Below the pieces are notes generated by a model. That model had not been told where the DNA came from, searched no databases, and saw only the letters and a list, made by a program, of their open reading frames with translations. A program made the translations under genes and the position numbers. This document shows, in pieces, positions 10,550 to 22,555 of a stretch of 64,000 nucleotides of DNA; the stretch's first letter is position 1; every line of letters starts with the position of its first letter. The stretch lies in the NCBI GenBank assembly GCA_965285935.1, contig OZ260664.1, forward strand, positions 91,884,001 through 91,948,000, in the 5' to 3' direction. The DNA is from Ophelia neglecta. Its lineage: Eukaryota.

Positions 10550-11532
10550 GCTCGCCCCGCCTATGTAGTTTTACTAGGTTTCTGAGACGTGATTGGTCTC
10601 TTAGTAAGAATCTATCCAGGGGTGTTTAAAGGGATAAAACTTTGAAAGACCAGCAACCTAAGTTCTCAGAGACATGTATAATTAGTTGGTTCATCAAAAT
10701 ATAGGGGGTGATGTTGATTTAACCATACGAAAAGGCTATTTATTGAATTGTGCAAATATCAACATTCTGATAAGACAATATCATGGATGGGTCAATTTGT
10801 CAAATGCTTATCCAGATTTCCAGGATTAACATGCTCAGTTATATATCTTTTAGGTACGATATATATGCATGGGTCCGTTAAAGAGTGCTTATCGGCACAT
10901 CCCCGTCTAAACAATGTGGAACTTACCACCCCACCCCCCACCCCGAAGGGGGTGTGAAGTTTTTAAGAGGTGGGTTGTACGACAGCGTGGTTTGGTAGGG
11001 GTGGTTTGGCACGGGCGGGAGCAATCGAGGAAGGGGGGGGGGGGGGCAGTTTTCCAAGAATATTTAAGGAGAAGGGGTATGGGGGCTGGTTCAATTGGGC
11101 TGAAGCGTCTTTAAATTGATGTCCCCATAATCCCCATAAGAGGGGAACACGTTCACACCCTTCAGGTGAAACGTGGGCCTCTCCTAGTTCTCCCATTTAA
11201 GTCCTGTTCACCGTACGCTTTAGGCTATTGAATAGCGGTAAGGTAAGTTCTGATGCACTTCTTCTGATGCTGATGATCCCCTCCCCCGCCGCCCCCCCCC
11301 CCCAGCCCCTATACACGCATCCACACACTCAAATGTATTACCGCTATAGCACTGAAAGTTGACTTTCTCGTGTCTTTGAAATGGGAGTCATTCAGGAATA
11401 AGTAAAATGACCCCTTCGCCGAAACAAGTCACTGACCAGAGCTGGAAGAGACTGTCCACCCAAATCGTGGCTGGCATCGGGGTTCTAAATTGTTAACACG
11501 AGTACCAAGCAAGTATTAACATACGTTTCCAG

Positions 11533-11639
11533 GTGGGGTTTATGATGCAGCGGGGTATCGACGCAGGGACCAACCAGGTCGGCCGGATAGCACGAGTTCA
11601 CCAGTCTCTACGAGGTACAGGAATTTGGGAGGCCCTTAG
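11533..11639 (+). CDS. NAT16-like: NAT16-like acetyltransferase exon 2 (acetyl-CoA-binding motif A)
   Basis: Acceptor TTTCCAG before 11533; VGFMMQRGIDAGTNQVGRIARVHQSLRGTGIWEAL; donor AG|GTTTGT at 11640 (phase 2). Confidence 0.85.
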
Positions 11640-12072
11640 GTTTGTATTAACCCTCTTAGTCTCACAGCTATCCAATGAAAATGATCGCTCATTTATTTCA
11701 GATTTTATTTTTCTCAGAAAAACTTGAGATTAATCTCAGGAAAAATTGTAGTCCGTCGATATAACAATATTTGAAAAACATTGATTACAAATGTATTGGT
11801 CATGTTTCAAGGAATAAATCTAGAAAAAAATCGTCGGGCAAAGAAAAAAATTGTTATGTAAGATTTTATATATTTAATTTCGCTTGTTTCATAGACTTAA
11901 CATAGTTTACACTGTTTTACGTCAGATAAATGCAGACAACCGCACCAACTGTACTAAAATATATATCTTGAATAACCATCCAAAAACTAGAAATAAACAT
12001 TAGAATAAAGAAATGTAATATCTTGTTATATTTGCTATCTTCTATATTAATTGTGCCTTTCGATAATTACAG

Positions 12073-12196
12073 ATACATCACGATGGTTGACTGTATGATG
12101 GTATGGCCGAGGTCCCGGATGTATTTCGGTTGTACGTCTTCATGGCACCTGCCTTTCTTCCAGGTCACGGCCCGCTGGAAGGAGGTCTTTACCCGG
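12073..12196 (+). CDS. NAT16-like: NAT16-like acetyltransferase exon 3
   Basis: Acceptor TTACAG; the first base completes an AG+A (Arg) codon; YITMVDCMMVWPRSRMYFGCTSSWHLPFFQVTARWKEVFTR; donor GTGAGC at 12197 (phase 0). Confidence 0.75.
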
Positions 12197-13456
12197 GTGA
12201 GCACGATATATATACACTATATATATACTGTAAAACTTCGGTCCTATGTGGAAGATATAATTTTGACAAAAACATATATTACTTTCTCAAAAATGGGCCC
12301 ATTCTGACTAACCCGAAAGAGTTTTTGCCCAATTTATTTTGGAGTACGTGCGCCTATAATGAAAGTAACTTTTTATGTAAACTCCTCCATTTTTCTAATT
12401 TCAGCTATCTGTTAAGGTGAAAATGATAATTATCATACTTATTATTATTTTTCTTACATCATTCTACCTTGATCCTTGGTATCTTTGTAGTCGAGTCTGT
12501 AGACGGCAGCTGATACATAGAGAAATGCGGTAATAGAAAATTGCGTGTATATTCTTATGTGCAATTGGGGAGGGGATTGTTGGTGTGTGGGGGGGGGGGG
12601 GGAGGATGTGGGGTTGGGGGGGGGGGGTGTTAAAGATTACTACTTTCCAATCTTGTTTTGTTTTAATAGAATTATCGGAAATTCACAATGTTTATTTCTC
12701 GAAACTAGTCACGACAAATTGTATTTAAAAAGTGCGTTTACTTTTGGGTCAGTGCCCAAAAAAGGGTCGGTTTTTTCCTTCTTGTTTAATAGTGTAATAT
12801 ATCATTGTTATTGACGTCGCATTGAGATTGCGAGATAAAATGTCCTGTGTAAACAGTTCAACAAAGAAATCCCCTGAGTTAATGGTGGTGACAAGAATTA
12901 ATATCTTGGTTGAGCTGGAATATGCCCCCGCTCAACTTAGAGACCGCGGGGTCCAGCATCCCTTGTGCGCATGCGCACTCATGCCCTTAGCCCGATTCCT
13001 TGCAATTCTTTCGCAGAAATACGTATGAAGAAGAAGAAATACTATTTAATTCATATTTTGGTTATGTTACACAAGAGCTCTGCACTGTAGATATAGTTAT
13101 ATATATTGTGTACTCTTTCTCCTTGTTGGTTACCAACTCTGTCAGCGCTGTCTGAATTATCGAGGATTTTGTGCGTCAAATGTGATTCCTCATATATGTA
13201 AACTGGCTGGTCAGACACATAAATACCCAGGGAGCTTGGAAGGTGTATTTTTGTGTGATTTTGGATTTCTATTTGCATGTCAAATGTGAAATTATTGTCA
13301 AGCAGCCGTATTATCGATCGCAGGTTTTTCTCGTTCACGCTAGAGTGATTCTCGATCTAGTGCAGGATCCCGTATAGCGGTGGGATTGGGTCTACGTGTA
13401 CTGTGCACGGTGTGTTCGCTGTTGGTGAGTCTAACGTTAGCTGAACGGTGTGTACA

Positions 13457-14721
13457 ATGCCGACTCGCTGTGACGGCCCACCTGCACTTGGTGCCTACTG
13501 TGGAAAGCGCAAGGACGTGGTACTGTGTCAAGGAGACATGATGTTATGTACTCAGTGTGAGCACATCAGGTTCCCGGAGACATCTAGGCTCAGTCGGCAG
13601 CCACAGCGATCGTCCGAGGCTTCACAGGTACAGACTGATACTGCATCTAAGCAGGTTGTGGCTACAACTCAGACTTCGAATCAGCAAACACTGACTGCTG
13701 ACTTTCAAGATCTCCCTACAAACAGATGTACAAGTGGATGTACATGCCTGCAGGTCTCTACTGATGTCAAAACTCTGCTTGGGACAGTTCAGACATTAAC
13801 ACAGATGGTAAATACAGTTGTTAGGAACACTGATGCCCACCTTGAGGAGTTAACAGCCATGAACAGTAAGTTACAAAATGAAAATATGGGACTTAAGAAA
13901 TCAGTAACCGAGCTGACCCAGAAAGTGAATATGTTGACATGGAAATCATTCCGCAAACCGCAGCAGAAAAGTGATGTCCTGATAGGAAGCAGCCTGATTA
14001 GAGATGTTGATAAAAACAGGCTGCTGGACACTGAGGTTATCTGCAGGCCTGTTGGATCTATTGACAGTATTGGAGAGGACACAAACAAACTGAACAGCGG
14101 TTATGACAACATAAACATAGTAGCAGGTGGAAAAGATAGTAGCAACCCCCGGGTGGAGGCTGCGGCTGTTGTTAGAATCTTTCTTGATATCATAGACATG
14201 ACTGTGTCGAGTATCTGCCCCAGGACAACGGCCGGTGCGCAGGGAAAGATAGACACTGTCAATGCAGAACTATTGGAGGCATGTTCTGATAAAATCTCTG
14301 TGGACTTTACCGATAACTCCAGCTTCTTTAAACTCGGTGATGGTTCGATAAATGACGGATACCTCCAACATGATGGCATTCATCTCACAAGACCAGCCAC
14401 CAACAGACTGGCAAAAAGTCTTAACCTAAAGGTGAAACACCAAGGTCAGGGTGTATGTAAAGAGACTGCTCAGAAGGCCCCTCTGTCACAGTCAGTCCCT
14501 GGCCCACAGACCACTCAGCAGAACAATAGGACTGAGGGGACAGTCTTTTCCCGTCGTAGTGGTCATGGGGATCGCAGGACAAAGAGGACCCAAAGTATTT
14601 GCAGCTTCTGTGCCGAGGCTGGCCACACCTAGAAAACTGTCGTCATGGAGGGCCAGTGGAATGTCACCAGTGTCGCCGCCTGGGGCACAAGTCAAAGTTT
14701 TGTGATGGGCAGAATCGCTAG
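13457..14721 (+). pseudogene. LINE ORF1: Cys-rich N-terminus, coiled coil, SGNH esterase-like domain, two CCHC knuckles (frameshift near 14630)
   Basis: VLIGSSLIRDV (block I) and HDGIHLT (block V); CSFCAEAGHT/..NC and CHQCRRLGHKSKFC; ends at TAG 14719..14721. Confidence 0.8.
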
Positions 14722-17700
14722 GAATTCGGCAAAGAAGGGTTGCCCCTTCCGACACAAAACGTGCGAGATCATCGTACTAATTTTAATGTCACAAATATTT
14801 TTAATGAAAATCATGTTCTTAACAATTTAAATACTGCATGTAAAAATGACAATACCTTGATGCAGTCATCCTGTGGTAGTGGAAATGAGGTTTTGTATGG
14901 TATAGTTGAGAACTGTGTCGAACAGTTGCAAACAGGACCCACGGCTAGTAATACTGTCTCAGCTGGGTGTCGAGAAAATAAAGGTCAGGATGACTGCGGT
15001 AAATCTAAATCTAAATCAGCTGACTTTCTCAATGAAAACTGTATTTTCAGTGCAGTTAAAAAAAATTATGTGAAAAACAAAAATCATCTCAAGATAGCAC
15101 ACATTAATGTAAACAGTATAAAACATAAATTTGGACCTTTCCGCGAAATAATGCAAGAAAATATTTTTGATATACTTACAATACAAGAAAGTAAGATTGA
15201 TAAATCCTTCCCAGATAATCAGCTTTCAATTCCTCTATATAAATTGCACAGGCAGGACCATAAGAACAATGAGGGTGGTATAATGATGTATGTAAGACAT
15301 GATCTACCCCAGTTCAGAAGGTCTGATGTTGAAAATTTTGCAATTGATATTAGTGATGGTAGAATAGAAATACTTGCAATTGAGGCATTACTAAACAGGG
15401 AGAAATGGCTGTTTATCAGTATATACAAACAACCAAAAGTCAAGGTTGTACTTCTGTCTAATATCATTGATGAAATCATGAGGCAGTGTGTGCAGATTGC
15501 CATGAATGTGGTTTTGCTGGGTGACTGTAACATAAACCTCTTAAAAGCCAATGACTTTGTAAGCTGTCTTGATGTGAATGGACTGCAGAATCTGGTTAAA
15601 AACCCTACATGCATGAAGGGTAAACCTTCTCTTCTTGATCTCATTATAACTAATAAACCTAAACGTTTCAGAGACACCAATAGTATAGATATCGCCATGA
15701 GTGACTTTCTAACCTTGTTTGTACTGCCACAAAAATAGAGGTTCCCGCTTTGAGGCAGAACACATTCAAATATAGAAGCTTCTCAAAAATTTAATTCTGA
15801 TAGGTTTTTGGAAGACTTATCTTATGTGCCATACCATATTATGGAGATATTTGATGATACTGATGACTCTTACTGGGCCTGGAATAAATTCAACATGCCC
15901 CCGTTGAGTCAAGAACGGTGAAGGGCTCCCAGGTGCCATACATAAATGGTGAACTCAGGAGAGCTACAAATGTAATGAGAATGTTTAAACGCAAATATGA
16001 CAAAATTAAGAACTCAGCCAATTGGGTTCGGTATAGTAAACAAAGAAACCTAGTAACTGGTTTAAGGAAAAAGAGCATTGGCATTTATCTGAGAAACAAG
16101 TGTAGCAACGAAGGGAAACCTTGTAATCGTGTAATTTTTTATGAGGCTGTCAAGCCACTCATATCTCATAAACCCTCGGGAAATCATGAAAACATTATTC
16201 TACAGAATGACAACAGTGTTATTACCCAACCAAATATTGTGGCCTCTACTTTTAACCAGTATTTTACTAATATAGCCAAAAATATTGGGCCTGTTGATAC
16301 TATTGAAGAGGGCAGTGATGTAAATTCCTGCATATTTAAACATGAACAGCACCCCAGTATAAAAAACATAAATGCATACATGCGGTTATCTGATGTTGAA
16401 ATTAAAGATTTTAAATTCAATAGAGTTGATGTAAACATAATATTGACATATCTGAAAAATCTAAACTGTAAGAAAGCTACAGGTTATGACCTGCTGCCTG
16501 CTAAGTTGCTAAAGATTGGATGCGAATTTCTGGGCAGATCTATATGCTATCTCATAAATATGTCGTTTGGGACATGTATGTTCCCCTCTGGTCTTAAATA
16601 TGCATAAATCACCCCGGTTTACAAAAAAGGAAACAATCTTGATGTTGTAAACTATAGGCCTGTAAGCATTCTGCCAATATTGTCAAAAGCATATGAAATG
16701 CAGATGGTTAGCCAACTGTCTATTTATTTTGAGAACATTTACTGTCAATTTCTATCGGGCTTTCGGCCTAAACATAGCTGTGAAACTGTGCTTATTAGGC
16801 TAATTGAATATGTTAAAAGGTCCCTGGATGAGGGGAAGATTGTGTGGGCTTTACTTATGGATTTGTCTAAAGCATTTGACTGCATTCTATACAAATTATT
16901 TATTGCTAAGCTTTATGCATATGGTTTAAACATGAGTGCCTGTAAACTTATTTTTAACTATTACCATCATAGATATCAAAGAGTAAAACTGGGCAGTAGT
17001 ACGAGTGAATGGCTGAATGTGTACAAGGGTTCAGCACAGGGTTCAATCATGGGCCCTCAATCCTTCAACATATTTTTAAATGATCTATTGCTATTGCTTG
17101 ACCAAAATGTACAGTTGTTCAATTATGCTGATGATAATACACTAGCATGTGCAGGCTATGACTATGAATATGTTCGAAAGACTCTCTCATGCAATGCTGG
17201 AAAAATGATAGGGTGGTTTGAGTCAAATTATATGAAAGTTAACCCAGAAAAATTTCAATATATAGTTTTTGGCAGAGGTAGGGATAGTGTAGAACCTATT
17301 GTCATTGATAATTATCCTATTATTCCTGAAGACTGTGTAAAACTTCTTGCTATGTATCTTGACTATAAATTAGATTTTAACGCACATGTAACGGCAGTAT
17401 GCCAGAGGGCCGGTAGACGGGTTCATGTTTTGTCTAGACTGAGCAAAGTTCTTGATCAATCAAGTAAGTTATTACTGTACAACAGCTTTACAGAATGCTA
17501 TTTCAATTACTGCTCAACTATTTGGCATTTTTGTTCAGCCCAGAACACAATGAAGCTAGAGAAGCTTCAACGCAAAGCTCTAAATTTTGTAATACTATCC
17601 TGACTATCCTTACTCTTGTCTGCTGGCTGAAATTGGTAAATATCCTTTATATGTCACTCGGATAAAGAAAATTGTGGAATTAATCTTTAAGGTACGGCAT

Positions 17701-17970
17701 GGTCTATGCCCGGACTATCTAAAGGAGCTTTTTGAGGTTAGATATACTGATGTAAATTGTAGGTCTCATGGCACTTTATGTATCCCTCGTTACAGAACTG
17801 TTAAAAATGGCAAAAATAGCCTTACATATATGGCTCCTTACTATTGGAACAAACTTAACAACGAATGTAGAAATTCCAGTACAATTTCCAGTTTTAAGTC
17901 TTTCCTCAGGGAATGGTCACCTGAATGCCAGTGTGGGTCTTGCATGGGGTGTAAAATATGGTACTTGTAG
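14722..17970 (+). pseudogene. LINE ORF2: APE endonuclease + reverse transcriptase, several frameshifts and stops
   Basis: HINVNS, IQESK, GDCN, LDLI (EN); LMDLSKAFD, QGSIMGP, YADD (RT); C-terminal CQCGSCMGC; split across ORFs 14740, 15918, 16680 and 17674. Confidence 0.92.
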
Positions 17971-18121
17971 GATAATATGTGATAAACTTAATGGTTCTAT
18001 GCATGTCAGTATTTTTTAATTTTTAATCCTCATCCATGTGTCATTCCATTTCTCACTCATTGTGTATATATTTTGTATATATTTTGTCACAGTTCATCTT
18101 TTTCACTCACTGTTGTCTTTA

Positions 18122-18174
18122 GTCGGTTAAATAGTCTCATGACTAATGTTTCTTGTTGTATTAATCGTACCGAC
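18122..18174 (+). other. LINE 3' terminal stem-loop (candidate RT recognition element)
   Basis: GTCGGT..ACCGAC outer stem with inner TAGTC-TCAT-GACTA hairpin, directly before AATAAA and the tail. Confidence 0.55.
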
Positions 18175-18255
18175 GTAAAATAAATTTTATCTTATCTTAT
18201 CTTATCTTATCTTATCTTATATACTACTCTCACACTTGTCACTTTCATATTCCAG

Positions 18256-18861
18256 CCGTACGTACACGTGACCATTGACAAGAGCATAACCCCCAAGGCC
18301 CCTGCTTGCCCTTCAAACCTGCGTCTTGAGGAATTGACATTCGATCAGTGTTATGAAATCCTAGAGGATCCCTCCATACGTTGGAAGATTTTTTCTACGG
18401 GAATGATGGTGATTGGTCGAGAGCCACTCACAGTTCATCCAATTAACTTTCAGCTGATGGCAACCGAATGTAAATCTATCCATGCCACTTATAATGTCAC
18501 GTCCGGCGACCAAAATAGCCTTAGTTTCGGTTCGGCATTCCATTCACCCCAGGGTTACGTGTATGAATGTGATATATTTACCGCTTCCGGTTCACCAGAG
18601 GAGATAGCTCAACATATTTGGGGTCACATTCCTATAGCACAAAGAAACTGCACCGAGGACATTCTTAAAATGACTGTTTTTGTTCAACACATAAATGGTG
18701 TCAGTGGTGTAATGGATTTAATGAAGGCATCGGAGAATAAATCTTCGTTTCAGTTCAGTCAGGTGCAAAATCACGTGCTTGGCACTGTGTCGTGCAAACA
18801 ATACTTGCAAACATGCAAAGCAGCGTTCGAAAAAGTACGCCAAGCTTCGTCCAACGTTTGA
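18256..18861 (+). CDS. NAT16-like: NAT16-like terminal exon, copy A
   Basis: Acceptor CTTTCATATTCCAG; phase-0 open frame PYVHVTIDKS...ASSNV-TGA; AATAAA downstream near 19258. Confidence 0.8.
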   Translation, partial: PYVHVTIDKSITPKAPACPSNLRLEELTFDQCYEILEDPSIRWKIFSTGMMVIGREPLTVHPINFQLMATECKSIHATYNVTSGDQNSLSFGSAFHSPQGYVYECDIFTASGSPEEIAQHIWGHIPIAQRNCTEDILKMTVFVQHINGVSGVMDLMKASENKSSFQFSQVQNHVLGTVSCKQYLQTCKAAFEKVRQASSNV

Positions 18862-19067
18862 GATGCTTTCCCAAATTGTACACAATGATTGACATATATA
18901 TTTAACCAATAGTACCTGCCATTGAGGAGACAATGGGGAATTGTGGGCTCTGGTGGCATATGCTCCAAGCACTTTGATACCGAGGCCACAGGCCGAGGGA
19001 AAATGACAATAGAAGCATATACCCATGCGTGGGGGGGGGGGGCGGTATTCCTAATTTGAAAAGTGCG

Positions 19068-19220
19068 AGTTGCGGATCCAGGATTTCAGGAAGGCGGAGG
19101 GGGGGGGAGGGATTTTCCAAGGCTGACAAGGAAAATGTCTGGATTGTCCCCGTTACCAAGGCTTTGAAACCACCTTGCGTGGGTCTAGAAATGGGCCTTG
19201 GTCCAGGCCCACTTTTTGGC
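19068..19220. mobile_element. Partial copy of the 3416..3585 MITE in the 3' flank of exon copy A (also about 20767..20920 and 22757..22918)
   Basis: Shares GCGGATCCAGGATTTCAGGAAGG..GACAAGG..AATGTCTGGATT..CCACCTTGCGTGGGTC..GGTCCAG; right TIR missing. Confidence 0.7.
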
Positions 19221-20164
19221 AATGTGGTGGGGGGGGGGGGGAGGCTATAAATTTGCCAATAAACTATTTGTATGATGACATGAAAATATGGAGGTGCCAG
19301 TTCATCTCTGAATCGATATTTATACAAAGGAAAGGAAAAATTTTGGGGTAATGCTATTTCCTTCATATGAGTCGGCATTTTTCACTATTTCCAATATAAT
19401 TTCAATAAATATCCATAACTATACAATTATCATAATTTTTTTATTCATTATGACAACTAGTTATTAGTAATTCTTAATAAATCCTACGTTACATCCATAT
19501 TTTCTCCTGTTGAATGTATACACCTGAGTCAAGTTTCAATCTTGCCTTGTAGTCGAGTCTGTAGCCGGCAGCTGAAACATATACAAACGCGGTATAAGAT
19601 AAATGCGTGAATATTCTTATGTCCATTTGGGGAGGGGAGAGAGAGTGTGTGTGTGGGTGTGGGGGGGGGGAGCTGGTTAAAGATTACTATTTTCCAATCA
19701 TGTTTTGTTCTAATAGAATTATCGGAAATGCGAAATGTTTTTTTTGCTCGAAACTAGTCACGACAAATATTTGTATTTAAAAAAAAAACGTTTTGTTGTA
19801 CTTCCCTTTAAAATGAACCTCCCCCCTCGACTTCAGGAAGCCAAGTTATATAATGTTGGGTTACTTTTGGGTGAGTGCCCAAAGGGTCTGTTTTTCCTTT
19901 TTGTTTAATAGTCTAATATATTGACGTCGCATTGAGAATACGACCTAAAATGTCCCGTGTATAACAGTGTCACAGTCCAACAAAGAAGTCCCTCGAGTTA
20001 ATGGTGGTGACAAGAATTGATATTTTGGTTGATCTGGAATATGCTCCCGCTCAACTTAGAAACTGCGGTGTCCAGCATCCCTTTTGCGCATGCGCTCTGT
20101 TGCCCCTAAATGCGATTCTTTTCAAGTAGAAAGTACGTATGAGGAAGAAATATTATTTATTTAT

Positions 20165-20560
20165 GAATGTAAATCTATCCATGCCACTTATAATGTCACG
20201 TCCGGCGACCAAAATAGCCTTAGTTTCGGTTCGGCATTCCATTCACCCCAGGGTTACGTGTATGAATGTGATATATTTACCGCTTCCGGTTCACCAGAGG
20301 AGATAGCTCAACATATTTGGGGTCACATTCCTATAGCACAAAGAAACTGCACCGAGGACATTCTTAAAATGACTGTTTTTGTTCAACACATAAATGGTGT
20401 CAGTGGTGTAATGGATTTAATGAAGGCATCGGAGAATAAATCTTCGTTTCAGTTCAGTCAGGTGCAAAATCACGTGCTTGGCACTGTGTCGTGCAAACAA
20501 TACTTGCAAACATGCAAAGCAGCGTTCGAAAAAGTACGCCAAGCTTCGTCCAACGTTTGA
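20165..20560 (+). pseudogene. 5'-truncated copy B of the NAT16-like terminal exon (no acceptor)
   Basis: Appears identical to 18466..18861 (offset 1699) but is fused to intron sequence through a TTAT junction; lacks the acceptor and the first 70 codons. Confidence 0.8.
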
Positions 20561-21949
20561 GATGCTTTCCCAAATTGTACACAATGATTGACTTATATAT
20601 TTAACCAATAGTACCTGCCATTGAGGAGACAATGGGGAATTGTGGGCTCTGGTGGCATATGCTCCAAGCACTTTGATACCGAGGCCACAGGCCGAGGGAA
20701 AATGACAATAGAAGCATATACCCATGCGTGGGGGGGGGGGGGCGGTATTCCTAATTTGAAAAGTGCGAGTTGCGGATCCAGGATTTCAGGAAGGCGGAGG
20801 GGGGGGAGGGATTTTCCAAGGCTGACAAGGAAAATGTCTGGATTGTCCCCGTTACCAAGGCTTTGAAACCACCTTGCGTGGGTCTAGAAATAGGCCTTGG
20901 TCCAGGCCCACTTTTTGGCAATGTGGTGGGGGGGGGGGGGGAGGCTATAAATTTGCCAATAAACTATTTGTGTGATGACATGAAAATATGGAGGTGCCAG
21001 TTCATCTCTGAATCGATATTTATACAAAGGAAAGGAAAAATTTTGGGGTAATGCTATTTCCTTCATATGAGTCGGCATTTTTCACTATTTCCAATATAAT
21101 TTCAATAAATATCCATAACTATACAATTATCATAATTTTTTTATTCATTATGACAACTAGTTATTAGTAATTCTTAATAAATCCTACGTTACATCCATAT
21201 TTTCTCCTGTTGAATGTATACACCTGAGTCAAGTTTCAATCTTGCCTTGTAGTCGAGTCTGTAGCCGGCAGCTGAAACATATACAAACGCGGTATAAGAT
21301 AAATGCGTGAATATTCTTATGTCCATTTGGGGAGGGGAGAGAGTGTGTGTGTGTGTGGGTGTGGGGGGGGGGGGAGCTGGTTAAAGATTACTATTTTCCA
21401 ATCATGTTTTGTTCTAATAGAATTATCGGAAATGCGAAATGTTTTTTTTGCTCGAAACTAGTCACGACAAATATTTGTATTTAAAAAAAAAACGTTTTGT
21501 TGTACTTCCCTTTAAAATGAACCTCCCCCCTCGACTTCAGGAAGCCAAGTTATATAATGTTGGGTTACTTTTGGGTGAGTGCCCAAAGGGTCTGTTTTTC
21601 CTTTTTGTTTAATAGTCTAATATATTGACGTCGCATTGAGAATACGACCTAAAATGTCCCGTGTATAACAGTGTCACAGTCCAACAAAGAAGTCCCTCGA
21701 GTTAATGGTGGTGACAAGAATTGATATTTTGGTTGATCTGGAATATGCTCCCGCTCAACTTAGAAACTGCGGTGTCCAGCATCCCTTTTGCGCATGCGCA
21801 CTGTTGCCCCTAAATGCGATTCTTTTCAAGTAGAAAGTACGTATGAGGAAGAAATATTATTTATCTATATTTTGGTTGTATTACACTAGCGCTCTCCACT
21901 GTAGATATAGTTATATACTACTCTCATACTTGTCTCTTTCATATTCCAG

Positions 21950-22555
21950 CCGTATGTACACGTGACCATTGACAAGAGCATAACCCCCAAGGCCCCTGCT
22001 TGCCCTTCAAACCTGCGTCTTGAGGAACTGACATTCGATCAGTGTTATGAAATCCTAGAGGATCCCTCCATACGTTGGAAGATTTTTCCTACAGGAATGA
22101 TGGTGATTGGTCGAGAGCCACTCACAGTTCATCCAATTAACTTTCAGCTGATGGCAACCGAATGTAAATCTATCCATGCCACTTATGATGTCACGTCCGG
22201 CGACCCAAATAGCCTTAGTTTCGGTTCGGCATTCCATTCGCCCCAGGGATACGTGTATGAATGTGATATATTTACCGCTTGCGGTTCTCCAGAGGAGTTA
22301 GCTCAACATATTTGGGGTCACATTCCTATAGCACAAAGAAATTGCACCGAGGACATTCTTAAAATGACTGTTTTTGTTCAACACATAAATGGGGTCAGTG
22401 GTGTTATTGACTTAATGAAGGCATCGGAGAATAAATCTTCGTTTCAATTCAGTCAGGTGCAAAATGACGTACTTGGCACTGTGTCGTGCAAACAATACTT
22501 GCAAACATGCAAAGCAGCGTTCGAAAAAGTACGCCAAGCTTCGTCCAAGGTTTGA
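21950..22555 (+). CDS. NAT16-like: NAT16-like terminal exon, copy C (candidate alternative last exon)
   Basis: Intact acceptor CTTTCATATTCCAG; same length and phase as copy A; about 20 substitutions, no indels or stops. Confidence 0.65.
   Translation, partial: PYVHVTIDKSITPKAPACPSNLRLEELTFDQCYEILEDPSIRWKIFPTGMMVIGREPLTVHPINFQLMATECKSIHATYDVTSGDPNSLSFGSAFHSPQGYVYECDIFTACGSPEELAQHIWGHIPIAQRNCTEDILKMTVFVQHINGVSGVIDLMKASENKSSFQFSQVQNDVLGTVSCKQYLQTCKAAFEKVRQASSKV

Larger units (their letters stand above)
7572..10700 (-). mobile_element. Ty3/Gypsy LTR retrotransposon, internally deleted (RT/RH/IN absent); right boundary approximate
   Basis: Two LTR copies (7572..7831 and 10288..10549+), PBS, gag with Zn knuckles and aspartic protease; the protease frame runs directly into the truncated 3' LTR. 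Confidence 0.9.
13104..18216 (+). mobile_element. Full-length, decayed CR1/L2-group LINE with (ATCTT)n tail and 7-bp TSD TTATATA
   Basis: ORF1 + ORF2 (APE-RT); tail 18187..18216; TTATATA at 13097..13103 and 18217..18223; single TTATATA at the empty paralogous site 21911..21917. Confidence 0.92.
2629..18861 (+). other. NAT16-like: Gene model: NAT16/histidine N-acetyltransferase-like GNAT gene, 4 coding exons, 382 aa (alternative last exon at 21950..22555)
   Basis: Join 2629..2940 + 11533..11639 + 12073..12196 + 18256..18861 = 1149 nt, stop-free, all introns GT-AG with compatible phases (0, 2, 0). The protein has IRPAKLEDF..DYL..EPDR..IDAG..RVHQSLRGTG, matching the NAT16/HisAT pattern as recalled and GNAT motif A. 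Confidence 0.8.

Noticed and set aside
10550-10860. Outer end of the Gypsy 5' LTR and its TSD
   Set aside because: No terminal inverted dinucleotide plus matching TSD found; boundary left approximate.
15219-15698. Antisense ORFs over LINE/gag/globin coding regions (also 9492, 13789, 31754, 39280)
   Set aside because: Shadow ORFs on the opposite strand of real coding sequence.
20084-20560. 158-aa ORF as an independent gene
   Set aside because: Chance fusion of intron sequence to a truncated exon copy; non-ATG start and no acceptor.
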